64,000 nucleotides of DNA, taken from the NCBI GenBank assembly GCA_013239625.1, contig MU053934.1:1085285-1149284 (forward strand), given 5' to 3'. This stretch comes from Lama guanicoe. Lineage: Eukaryota. Of this stretch, positions 50,183 through 62,300 are shown piece by piece. A model generated the notes under the pieces. It made no database searches, was not told where the DNA came from, and was given only the letters and a program-made list of their open reading frames with translations. The translations under genes and the position numbers were made by a program. The stretch's first letter is position 1. Every line of letters begins with the position of its first letter.

Positions 50183-52174
50183 TTATGAACCGTGGGAAGG
50201 AAAGCGGCCTGGGCCGGCACAAGTGGGGTGTGGTTCCCCAGCACGCTGACACCAGGAGGGGGCTGCCCAGGACAGGCTGTGCCTTTCGTCTGCTGTGTCC
50301 CACTTTGTGGCAATCAGAACCCGTGTCTCTGGGAGAAGCAAGTAACACTGAGCCTCCTGAGAATGAATCAGGAAAAAGAACAAGAGGAGAGTTCACCCTG
50401 TTCAAGGAGGCAGCATCCAAATTTGAAATAGCTGTTTCCATTTCTCTAAGAAATAATGCGCTAATGATGGGACTGACGGCTGTAGCCACTGACCTTCCCC
50501 CAGCCTGCTAAGTCTGAAGCTGATTAGCCTAGTGGCCAGTTGGCCATGAGCCACTGTGATTACAAATCACGTTAGTTGCAGCAGTGATGAGATAGAGGCC
50601 TATACATTGGAAGAACAAATGCAGTTAGCGTCGAAGGATCTGTAGAAACATCTGCTGTCACATCCCCTGGGAATCAGAGTCTGTACTTTGTGATTCTATT
50701 CTTCAAGCTGCCTTCTGAGTCTTGAGTGCAGAGGCTGGATTTAGAGGGGAAGCAGAAGCAAAAATTTGATGGGATCCCTCAATCCTAATGGCACAGCCCA
50801 GTACTGTGCCTAAATGTCATGTTTTTGGCAAAAATATGAGTTTTCTGTTAAGAACAGGAATCTGGGAAGGCAGGTAAGACCCCACCAACCCCCCAGCCTG
50901 CCTCAGGCATGAGTGAGGGCAAGAGCAGGACCCAGCTAGCCTGGCTCAGCACCCTCAGGACACAGTGCTGAAAGGGCTGGTGCTCCCTGATTATCCTCTG
51001 TGTATTTCTCATCTTCAGAACATTGTATTAAACCTCAAAGAATCCCACAAAGTTCTGATGCCCCTCCCCATGATAGCAATGTAGAAGAATCTGTTGAAAT
51101 GTTGAAATACCGGATTATTTGGAAAAGCCATTTTTATCATTGCCTCTTCATTGCAGTTGCCCTACATGAGGCTCAGCTCATGAATTAAGTGCCAGAATCA
51201 TGGAAACAAGGCATCTGCCAGGAACCTTAGCCTTCATTCAATCCGATGCCCCTATTTCTACAGAAAGAATCAGTCCCAGAGAGAAAAAAAAATGACTTGG
51301 CCAAGATCACACAGTAAGCTGGCAGCAAAAACAGTATAAATATTCAGATCGCCAAATTCCTGATCCAGAGCTCTGCAAAACTGCATTTTTCCCCCATCTG
51401 CTTTGCCAGAATCTTGGCCAGAGCTCCTTCCAAAGACCTGGCCTCCCACACAACCCTCTGAACAAGGCTTCTGGTCTTCTGCTCAGCAGAGAGCTCCTCA
51501 GCCCTCTGCTGTAAGCTTCAGTGCCTCGTCCACTCCAAAGACTCTTGGTCACATATTTGCTCCCTGAGATCTGGCGCCCAGCTCTGGCAAAATTAGGAAT
51601 ACATGTTTACCTGCTCAAAGCCCAGACTGCCTGTGTGTATCATTAAGTTCTTAGCCAGCAGAAGGCAGGAGATCCCACCTGCTATACACCTCTATCGCCA
51701 ATGTCCAGGCCAATGAACATTAGCCAGAAATGGCTGAGACTTGAGTTTATGGCAGGCAGGGTCCCAGGGTAGCTATGCAGTGAGGGGAGGCTTCTGAGTG
51801 ATGCTGGAAAACAGCTCAGTGCTGGCATCCTCCCCGATGTCACCTGGGCTTAAGTCTCCTTTGACAGCATCTCCGGCTCAGCCCTCCCCTGACCCGTACA
51901 TCCAGCCCAGAGGCAAACTGTGTTTTTATGGCTTTTCCCTCCTTCACTCTCAATGGTCCAGTGGAGGCCATTAGACCCTCCTGCTGGGATCATTTCATGG
52001 CCAGATCCTCCCCATCATTCAGGTATCACTGGAATGTCGCCTCCCGAGTGAGGTCTTCCCGAAGCTGCCTACGGGCATCACCCCCACGCTACTCTTCACT
52101 CTCAACCCCATTGCCCTGGTTTACTTTCTTCATGATGCTTCTCACTCTTTCGTATTTCTCTATTAGATTAATGA

Positions 52175-52440
52175 AGAGGTAACATGGCCCTGTTGTTAAG
52201 ACCTTTATCTCTGGGCTCCAGCCATCTCGGTTCAAATCCTGTTTCTGCTTCCTGCTAACTGCCAAACCTCAGGAAGGTGCTCTCTCATCTCTATGCCTCA
52301 GGTTTCCACCTAGAAAAGGGGGAAAATAACAACACCCACTTCACAAAGTTGTTATGAAGACTGAGTTAATGCATCACGGGCACTTAGAGCAGTCCTGGCA
52401 CATTGCTAAGAACTCAGCAAATGCCAGATATTATTACTGT
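52175..52440 (+). mobile_element. MIR SINE within L2 remnants (about 51960-52600)
   Basis: ggttcaaatcctgtttctgcttcctgctaact...tctctatgcctcaggtttccacctagaaaaggg. Confidence 0.75.
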
Positions 52441-54419
52441 TATTGTTTGATTTTCCTGCTGTAGCTTCTCTCTTTTCACTCTAATGCGATTTCCGTGAAG
52501 GCAGGAGGTCCCACCTGCTGTGCACTTTTGTCTCCAGTGTCCACAAACGCACCTGGCATGTCGTTGGTGCTCAATAGATACTAGCTAAATAAATGAAGGA
52601 AGAGTCTTTCTAAGTGTTCCTTCTGCCTCCGTTTCCCTCTCCGGCACTTTATTCTTGAATAGACCCCTCCCCGCTCCCGGCTGTGATTTCCTGTTCCCTC
52701 CTCTGACCCTCCAGGGAGCCCTGCCCTGTCCAGACTTCAACCATAGAGCTAGGATTCTTTATTCTGTCGCACTTCATAGTTTGTACACACACTATGAGCA
52801 CCTTGAAGGCAGGGACCCTATGGTATTCACCTCTGTATACCCCAGGCTTAGCACACTGATCGGCACACGGAAGTCTGTGTAGAAGGAGGAAGGGAAGAAG
52901 AAACATTCCACGTACAGATCTGATGATGCCACACTCCTCTTCAGCTCACCAGTGACTCCCCATCACGTGCACAGTGAAGGCCTGTATCCCCGAGAAAGCA
53001 TTCCTACCCATCCGTGGCTTGGCCTCAAATACTGTTTTATTTTTAATTTTTTTCAATCTTTCCAGCCTCTGTGCTCCTCTCCCTTCGCGTGTATGAATTC
53101 TCAGGTATGGTGTGCTTCCCTCCTTTCTTTAAGCAGTCTCAGTAAGCCCTATCTGTGAGGCTTTTTCTTGTCTTGCCCTGCCTAGAATACCCTTTCCCCC
53201 CCTTCTCTTAGAGCCAGTGCTGCCCCTCAGATCCCCAGTCTGGCCCCATCTTCTTGACGGTCTCCCCACATCGCTCATCTTCTCTGTCATCTGTATTCCC
53301 AAGGCGCTTTTGACTCAGACTTCGGCATCTGTTACAGTGCCCCTAAGTTTCCCACACTACACGGAAGTTTCCAAAGACCGAGACCACTTCCTCCATCCTG
53401 TAGGGTCCGCAGAGCTGCTGGAACAGTGTTTGACCCAGAGGAGGCCCCAGGAGTGGTTGATGAATCAAGCAGAAGTAGTCACAGTGTGTTTGTTGAGTGT
53501 ATTTCTTATAATTCCCCATCTCAGCCTGAACCGAATGGTCAGCAAGTCCTAAATTATTGATGTCAAGGGAGCAAGTATTCAGCAAGAACCAATTATTTGT
53601 GCCCTTCTCTTTAATGAGCCCATAGTCTCAGTAAGGACACCAGAAAAGCATGAATATGTCTACAAGACACGAGGAGTCACCATGTTGGGAGCACCTACTA
53701 CATGCAAAGATGTCAACAATGTAAAGACATCAATCATGTTCCTTCATGTAACTCATCTCATAAATACATTTGAAACAAAAATCAAAAAGCAGCCTTAGAG
53801 GTCATCTTACTCAACCCTGCCCCCCCAACCGATTTTACAGGTGAAAATCCTGAAGTCTAGAGAAGAAGGCATGACATGCCTAGCCTCGAAGCCTGAGTTA
53901 CAGGCAAAGGCAGAATGGGAGCTGAGAGCTAATACGCTTTCTGCTACTCTCTGCTCCTCCTGAAACAATCAGGAAAGTTAGAGGGTGACATCCAAAATCT
54001 TTGCAAGTTAATTGATCAATAGATAAAGTGTCACCTTATGAGCCAAGACACTAAGCTGTGTGAGCAAGCACTGCTTTAGCCTATTGTCACAGAAGAGGTA
54101 GGACTTCACTGGAATGTTTCATTTGTGGAAAGGGTTGGGCAGGCTTCCAAGGAGGCCTCAGTGTGAGCAGAATCAGGCATGACCATGACTGTTCCCAGGA
54201 CACCGTGGTGGCTTAGAGCTTGGAGGGAACTTTTTCATGCCGCCGCTTTAACAGGTAACTGGGAAGTAAACAGTGTCCTCTTCAACATCACAGAATTAGC
54301 CAGCACCTGACCTAGACTTCAGACCCAGGTTCTTAGTCAGACAGCATATAGAAATAGAGAATGTATAAACTTTGGGATTAGACAGTCTGCGTTTAAAACT
54401 CACTCTACCAATTACTCTC

Positions 54420-54897
54420 CGTGGCAGTTGTAAAACGTGGCCACAAAAGTTGGCACTGCTCCTCTCAAGAAGAGGCGGGTCCAGGTGCTCTCCCCTTCCT
54501 TCTGTGCGCCATAACTTCTCTGACCAATGAGAAGAGATGCTTGGTCAGTTTCTGGGTCCAGACCTTAGTAACTGGCAGTTTCCACTTCCTGTCTCTTGGA
54601 TGCAGCCACCATGCTATGAGGAAGCCCAAGCCACCTGGAGAGGCCACAAGTACATGTTCTGACTGATCATCCCTGCCAGCAGCCAGACTCAACACCAGAC
54701 ATGTGGGTGAAGGGTCGGTCCTTTGGGATGACTCCATCCCCAGGGCTCACTGCAACCACATGAGAAACACTGAGCTAGAACCGCCTTGCTAAGCCAGGTC
54801 ACCCCAGAACTGTGAGAGACAGAAGAATAAAATGATTGGTATTGCTCTAAGCCACCATGTTTTAGGATGATTCATTACCTGACAATGGATAACCTCA
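54420..54897 (+). mobile_element. MaLR LTR (MLT1F/G/H-like)
   Basis: gcagccaccatgctatgaggaagcccaagcca...cccagaactgtgagagac..aataaaatgattggtattgctctaagccac. Confidence 0.8.
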
Positions 54898-54899
54898 GC

Positions 54900-55445
54900 T
54901 GTGGACCAAGTCACATCGTTCAGGGCTGGGGTGATGTCCTGAAGGATGTTACAGTACATGCTCTCCTTCAGCAACCATGACATGATGTGTTTCCCCAAAG
55001 CCAGGACTCATGGATCTGACACTCAAGGAGTAGAAATAGGAGTGGCTCCTTTCATTATGATCCTCAGTGATCCACCAGTGGGATTTTTGTTTTCCCTCCT
55101 GGCCACTTTGGGCTGGTCTAAAAATCTTAGATATCAACAGTGGAATGCTGTCACTGGGGACACAGCAATGATTCAATTAAACTGGAGGTTGAGACCTGCA
55201 TTCAGCCACGTTGAGTTCCTCATGCCAGTGATCAACGGGCAAAGAAGAGGGGCACTAGCCGGGGTGATTGACCTTGACCATCAAGAGGGAACTGTGTTGC
55301 TACTGTACAGCTGAGATAAGGAGGGGTGCTTCCGGGAAGAAGAGGTGCCCTGAGGTCCCTTTTATACTCCCATGTCCTATAATTGAAGCCAAATTGAAAA
55401 CCACAACCCAGTACAGTCAGAACTGCCAACGAGCAGAGAACATGA
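54900..55445 (+). pseudogene. ERVL pol 3' fragment (integrase C-terminus/dUTPase-like)
   Basis: ORF 54946-55314 ARTHGSDTQGVEIGVAP...GDTAMIQLNWRLRP..ALAGVIDLDHQ resembles ERVL GDTTMIPLNWKLRLP..LAGVIDPDYQ. Confidence 0.8.
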
Positions 55446-56409
55446 CGTTACTTGTAGAATGACTGAAAGACCTTGTTCAAGCTACTTTCCTCTGGGAGCC
55501 TCAGTGCCCCCGCGCCATCCGGGGCATGATCAGGCCTTTCTCACAGAGCCGTGGGGAAGACTGGTGGAGCCTGTGGACGAAGAGTGCCTTGCTCAGCACC
55601 TGGCAGGGAGTTGACTCTCGGAGCTTCCCTGCATCCCTGCCCCACTGGGAGCCTCTAAGGGCACCCGGAACCACTAGGGTAGCAGCAGCTCTCTGAGATC
55701 CCCAGATGCCAGAAGGATACTTTTACTCTGTTTTCTTCTTATTTTTACTGTTTTCAAAAGATGCCAGAGTCCTTTGGCTAATAGTCTAGTGTGCTATGTA
55801 CCTTCATCCTGAAAAACACTTTCACAGCAACTATGCCTGGTAATCCTTATACCTCTCCACCTTTTGCCTCCCTGTCTACCCACACCCACATAAAGCCAGC
55901 GACAGTTCTGCCCAGTGACCACAGAATCACGCTGTCATTGGGTCCAGCTGATTTCCTTGCCTTTGCCTTACAGACTCAGATGGTAAGAAACACTATTCCA
56001 TCTGGCCTGGAGGGAAGGTGGATACTAAGGGAGAGGTGCAGAGGAATTTTCTGGAAGAGGATGCAGAGGTCCTGCATATCAGTAAAATCCAAATAGCAGA
56101 GCGAGTCCAGCTCATACGTCCTAAGTACAGATCTAAAAAAACAGTAAAAGATTAAAAAATTCCTATGCAGACCTATAGCTAAAATAAGAAGCCAGTCAGT
56201 GATAATACAATTCACTTTCAACTCGTAATCTGAGAAGTAATGACCTCGGCCCCCCACCCCCCACCCCGAGCTACATTGAGCATCCTTTAGACTACAGAGT
56301 GGAATCAGCGGCTCCATCAGAAATGGCCTTCTTCCCTTGGAGCTCATGCCGCACACATGAAGTGCACTTAGAGCAGCCTGAGGGGCTGCCCTGGGGTGGC
56401 CTTAGGTTC

Positions 56410-56532
56410 TGTGTCTGCCAACATCTTGATTTGGGGCTTCTAGCCTCCAGAGCGATGAGAGGATGAATTTCTGTTGTTTTAAACCACCTAGTTTGTGATC
56501 GTTTTTTACAGCAGCCCTGGAAAACTAATACA
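56410..56532 (+). mobile_element. MLT1 LTR 3' fragment
   Basis: cttctagcctccagagcgatgagaggatgaatttctgttgttttaaaccacctagtttgtg...aactaataca. Confidence 0.8.
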
Positions 56533-56997
56533 CTTTCCCCGGCACACACACTCCTTCCCTAGCTTGTTCAGAAACGCCCCACTTCCTTCAGGCCTCAGTA
56601 AATGTTGTTATACTAATTAGATAATTATCAACCTGTCCCACACAAAGATAAGTAACTACAAAAAAGTCCATTAAATAAGCGCGAGAAGAATGGAAGAGAA
56701 AAGAGGTGCCAGGAGCAGAAGAGAGAGAGAGCCTGGTGGTGCGCAGTCAACAGAGGAGGCTCAGGGAGGATAGACAGGACTTGAGTTGTTCTTGGAATGG
56801 ATTTCAATGGGGGAAGCCCTCCGAGTGAGATGCCTGAAACCAGTCACTCACAAGAAGACACATATCCTACATCATGGCCATGTACACATATTCATATATG
56901 GGTGCCATACAAGAAAGTTTTAATGAAGCAGCTTTTGCTGTTAGTTGGATGTGCCCTGACGTTTTCTATTTTACACCATTCTTTGCCATGTTATTTA

Positions 56998-57068
56998 TTT
57001 CCTCCCATCCTTCCTCTTCCTCCCCCTCCCCTTCTTCCACCTCTTCCTCCTTCTACTTCTTTTTTCTT
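56998..57068 (+). repeat. (CCT/CTT)n pyrimidine tract
   Basis: cctcccatccttcctcttcctccccctccccttcttccacctcttcctccttc. Confidence 0.75.
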
Positions 57069-57077
57069 ATGGTAAAT

Positions 57078-57177
57078 TATTTTTTTTATTGCGTTATAGT
57101 CAGTTTACAACGTTGTGGCAATTTCTGGTGTGCAGTACAATTTTTCAGTCATACGTGAATATACATATATTCATTTA
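57078..57177 (-). mobile_element. Very short L1 3' terminus
   Basis: ttttttattgcgttatagtcagtttacaacgttgt... closely matches 21855-21950. Confidence 0.85.
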
Positions 57178-57559
57178 GTTCTTGATGGGACACATTAATC
57201 TCATTCCGCAGCCAACTAATGAGCTGTAACTGTACGTTCTAGACTGTAAGCCCCACAAAATCAGAGATCAGAGCTGTTTGGTTCACATCTCTATCCCAAG
57301 AACCTACTATATATTTGTTACTGATATATATTTGTTACTAGATAAAACTGTTGAATAAAAGAATAAATAAAAGCATCGAGAGTTTAATTTTGTGGCATCT
57401 TCTAACAAGTTCTCTCTTCACGCATCCAAAGCTCTAAGACCATCCCTATCTTTTTCCTGACCTTTTTCAAAGGCTGTCTTCAAAGCTAAGTATGGTAGAT
57501 TGCATTTTATTATTTATATTCAGTGTTCCCTTCTATGCCATTAGCCACTCAGTTCTATG

Positions 57560-58115
57560 TGCGAAAGTGCAAATCTAATCATTTAACTCCTTTATTTAAT
57601 ATCCTTCTATTTGTCTGCTTTTTACAACTCACATCTGTCTAACACATACACATGGGCAGAGGCTGACACTGTTCACAGGCTCACTTTTCCAGCCTTACCT
57701 TGGCGTTCTTTCTCTATTCCTCTTCATTCAACTACACCAGACAGTTCACCATTCCTCTAAATACACCAATGACATCCTTTCATGTCCATGCCCCTCTGAA
57801 GCCTCCCCTCCCCTTGGAATTCTTGAAGAACCCTTCACATATGTCACTCAGTGGAAGTAGAAACTTTAAGACATTCTAACGGGGCAACTTCAGAGTGGAA
57901 CATCTCCCTAGCCAACACCGCCATGTGCACATAATTCTTGGTATGCAGTTTCACATTTTGAACCCAGATATATTATCTCTTACATTACTTTTTAGTTATG
58001 TTTGTCTAGCTATCTTCCTCTTAGGCTGTGAGCTACTTGAGAAAAGAAATGACTGAGATGTTATTAATCTTCATCTTGTATTTCTGGCATTGAGCACACA
58101 ATAAGTGTTGAAGGA
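57560..58115 (+). mobile_element. L2 fragment
   Basis: gcaaatctaatcatttaactcc...ttaggctgtgagctacttgag...ctggcattgagcacacaataagtgttgaa. Confidence 0.6.
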
Positions 58116-58767
58116 AGATAGGAGAACAGGAGGGAGGAACACAGAGGAGGGCTCAAATAAAGGGCCTCGACTTCCTTATCATCGCCCTGTTCTGTGTCCA
58201 TCGCTGTTAAGTTCACAGCGTCCTTCCCCTTTATTGCTTATTCCAGCCTCTGAAAAATGAAAATAATTATTATGCTTTTACAACAATTTATTCGTGGATG
58301 TGTTTTCACAGAGTTAGACCTCCAGCAGATGTCTGCTTCGTTGAAATTCCCACTGGTACAAGATCTTAATTCTTTGCAGATTTTGAAATCCATATAGAAA
58401 AAGCAGCATCTGTTATTTTGAGTCTGAAAATCTCTAACCCCCTAACCTTCTTTTCCCATTGAAATGATACTTTAATAACTTGAATTTTTATCACATCAAG
58501 TTTTTCAAGAACATTGCATCCCTGTTCTGGCAGAACAGAGTGCATTGTGTCTTTGCTTTCTTTGGCTTCTAAGCACTGCTCCCTCCTTACAGAACTCTTC
58601 CTGGTCTCCCCTACCCCTCATCCCCACCCTCTTCAACTCACTGGCTTGTACTTATTCCTCATGTCTTGGTTTGATCAAATGAGCTCCTCCAGACCCCTTC
58701 TCCCTTTAAACTTCACCAAAAATCTCTTTTTTTCAATTCACTCATTCAATCAACATTTACTGAAGGC

Positions 58768-58856
58768 CCCATCTGCAAACACCGTCACATTGGGGCAGGG
58801 GGATGGGGAGGGCTTCCACATATAAATTGTGGAGGGACACAGTTCCGTCTGTAGCA
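58768..58856 (-). mobile_element. MLT1 LTR 5' fragment
   Basis: ccatctgcaaacaccgtcacattgggg...ttgtggagggacacagttccgtctgtagca. Confidence 0.7.
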
Positions 58857-59089
58857 CCACGTGAGTAAAAGATCTAGAGCCACGTTCTCCGCCCACATCC
58901 CTTAGTAAAGTCATCCTAGACGTCCTCCCTTCTGACTCCACTGATCATTTCTAAATCGGTTCCTAACTCCGGCAGAGAATCAGCCTGCCGTGTATTAGTC
59001 CCTGTCAAATGCCAACCGATCCACTCAGAGATTTGCAGAATTATGGGAGGAGCCGGAAGGGGTTCTGTAGAGCTTCTACACCCTTCTAG

Positions 59090-59380
59090 ATCAAGGTTTC
59101 CCCAATGGTGTGCCATAGATCACTAGCTTTTTTATGACACATTAAGACATGTCAGTGAAAGAACAAGATTCTGTGGTCAACGAATTTAGGGCATACTTTG
59201 TACCCTGATCCTCTCTGACAATCACATGCAAGTTGGTGTGAGAAGTCCTTCCCTAAAGAACCAGGATTAGGTTTGTGTAACCTGGGGTTTCCCACTTCCC
59301 CTTCATCACAAACGCTTTCTAGCTGAACAGCAATTAACCTCATGGAGATCCAGAGCCCCTACATTAGCTGTTCGGAATCA
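59090..59380. mobile_element. hAT-Charlie MITE remnant (MER112/MER102-like)
   Basis: caaggtttccccaatggtgtgccatagatcactag...gattctgtggtcaacgaatttaggg. Confidence 0.5.
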
Positions 59381-62300
59381 AGCTCTCCACCTTCCTCAGT
59401 CTGCTGAGGGACTGTTTTATCTAAGTCCTCTTCCCATTCCTCTCAAATTTCAGTTTTAAGCCCTCTTGATCAAGGGAGCACACTTGCCTTTGACAAAGCC
59501 TTTCTTTCCAGTAAACTTTAGCAGAGCCACGTTTATTATCATAGTATCTCAAAACACAGTCCAAAAGGCTACTTCTCAGACTCATTTCTTCAAAATTTTC
59601 TACAAGCTTCACTCCACATGCCCTCCTTTCTCCTCTAAATGATCATCCTTTCATGGGGGAAAAAGAAATGTCAGCTTCTTGTGTTTGAGGGGACTTCGAT
59701 CTTCTTCCCCAGACATCAGACTATTAATATTGAGACAAGTTTCCAGCTCCATAAGCTTGGCTCAGCTTTGCCCACACATCCTGGAAGAAGTGGGTAGTGA
59801 TTGCTAGGTCTGATACATCTTGGCAGATGCTCATTCACTGCAGGAAGCCAGCTCCCCTCCAGATCAGGCATATCGGAGCTGCGTGCAGACAGCCCCATAC
59901 GGCTCAGCAGACTCCGGACCACCCTTGGTGTCTTTTTCTTCTAGACCAGTAGTCGCAAGACTCCTTGAACCGGCTCCTTTATGTTCTCAAGCATGAGTGG
60001 CAGCGGCTCTTTCAGAAGGGACAGCTTTACCTTCTGCAGGCAGAGCCCCAGGCCCGCCAGCACTGCAGCTTCAAAGCCTTTCCCTTCCCTTGCTCTTCTG
60101 CACTGCGTCTTTCTCTGGCCAGCCTGGTGACAATGCTTTTAATTCTTCTTTTGCCTCCCTTGGATCTTTTTTTTTTTTTTTTGACCTTATTGGATTAGGT
60201 TTCCCACCCAGACAGAGACTGTTTCATCCTCACTAGTAAGAAGCACAGAGAGAAATGCCCAAAGCCCCATAACCTTCTCCCCAGCAGGGTGCCCAGTTTA
60301 CATTTATGAAACCCGTAATTGGCAAGAGGCTGCAGGTAGGAAGACAAATATAACTCCTTCCTCGCAGGTCACTGGCGCCTCGTCACACCTCCTGGGCAGC
60401 AAGATGAACGACAGCCTTCTGTGGCACTTCCTAAAACGCCCACACTCTTAACTGCAAAGCAGACTCTGATTGTTCATTCTCTCTGCCACTGGGATCCCAG
60501 CAGGGACTCATGGGCACATAATTTGGAGATAAGCTGACCAGCCCCTACCTACTCCCTACCTACCAGCCTTTACTCATCTAATAATGCAGCATTTCCCAAA
60601 CTTATTAAACCGTTTTCAACACTTCCAATATTGTCATGAATTTTGTGCATTGCTGGAATGCCAGCAGCGGCTTGTGCATTATAAAGAGCAATCATTTGTC
60701 CTCACTTGGGATCGCATTCTGAAGGTTTTGTTTTTTTTTCCTTGATTCAGGCAGTTTGAAGAACATGAGACTCCACAATTGGTTCAAAGCTTTTTCCTTT
60801 CTGCCATCCATCCACGGACTAAGTTGGAATCATATAAATATTTACCATGAATACAATTTGAAAACTACCATAAAAGTGTGTTGAAATTACAAGACAATAT
60901 ACATAAAAAGGATGACATTAATGTGGTGGCCAATTGGTACAGCAGCATACATTTTAAAGGTCGTTTATCACACAAAGATTAAGACAATGACATAAATGTA
61001 TCTCTTTTTTTTTTAATGTGATAAAGTGACCACGGGTAATCTTAACCCTAGAAAAAGTAAATTTTGTTATCCTCTTGCTGGGTTGATCGAGCCACAAGGA
61101 CACACTAGCAGTCAGTGGTTTCCATAAAGGAAATTAACATTTGCCTTGTCAGTCATCCTGGGGAAGTAGTTAATCTGAGGTCAGGAAATGGAGTGGCTTC
61201 CGGGATAAAGGAGAGAAGGACTTCTTCCCCTCGGGGGCTGGGAGCAGTGGAGACGTGGAGAAAGCGGCAGTGGTCAGATGGTTCAGCTGAATGGTCCCTG
61301 AGTATGCAGAGTTTACAGGGCACCACTGAGCATTCTGCTTTTTCAGGAACTTTCAACAGGGGGCAGCATCAGCACCAGAAGCCGAAGAAGTAGCTAGTTC
61401 GTGAAACAGACGACAGTTTAAAACCTCTTGTTTCAAGGGGGCAGATCAGATTTCTTGCTCCAGAGAAGTTGTACAAACAGTCCAGATGACACTGTGGACC
61501 TGAGGGAGGCACCACCTTCTCACTGGGGTCGGGGAGGAGCCATCAGGGTCAGCCCAGTGGAATCAACAGAGCTCTTTGTCATGAGACCGACATCAGAAGA
61601 GGCAGCAAATCACATAAGAAAATCGGAGTGGAGGGAGCAGAAAGACATGCCCTTCTGGGTAAGAACCGCAACTCCACAGAAAAAACTCAGAAATGACTAG
61701 AGGGGGACTTTTTGATGTGAAATAATCAGTGAGTGTTCATTTTATAGTAACGTTGGAAAGAAAGCTTAAGGCCAGGTTGCTGTTACCAGCAGGTCAGGCC
61801 AATAAGCAAGATGATAAACTTAAATATCCATAACCGAACTCAGTAAGATGTGAGCAGAAACTCACTGTTTTTCACACCACTTTTTCTTTGAACCTCTCTC
61901 TCTTAGGTTATTCCTCCTTATTTATGATGAAATCTCAGGAAGATCTCATAGTTTCGTAACTATGTTATTAAACAAGTAGCCTTTGTCCAGCAGAATATCA
62001 AAACTCCAAATTTCAGACAATTTAAAATCTTGTCTCTGCCGTCAGTTCAGGTCAACCTTCGGCTGAGAAACTGAGGTAAGAAGGGAAGTTAGAATTCTTG
62101 TTTTTTTACTTTCCCATCTTACACTGCCTTTTCCTCCACTTACCAGCTACTGTTTGAGACCCCCTGTAGTTTTAAGAGGGTGGGAAGTCCTGATCTGATA
62201 AGCACAGTTTGTTTCCTGTTGGAACCTTACAGATAAGATGCATGTCCAAAAGTGACTCTTCCTTTCTTACAGCATCTTTGCAGGGTCTGTATAAACTTCC

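Noticed and set aside
57308..57339. 15-bp direct repeat tatatatttgttact x2
   Set aside because: Simple slippage duplication within an L2 remnant
62046..62075. Micro-exon with strong donor gag|gtaaga
   Set aside because: Acceptor is weak or ambiguous, and gagaaactgagg resembles a MIR core; no other support
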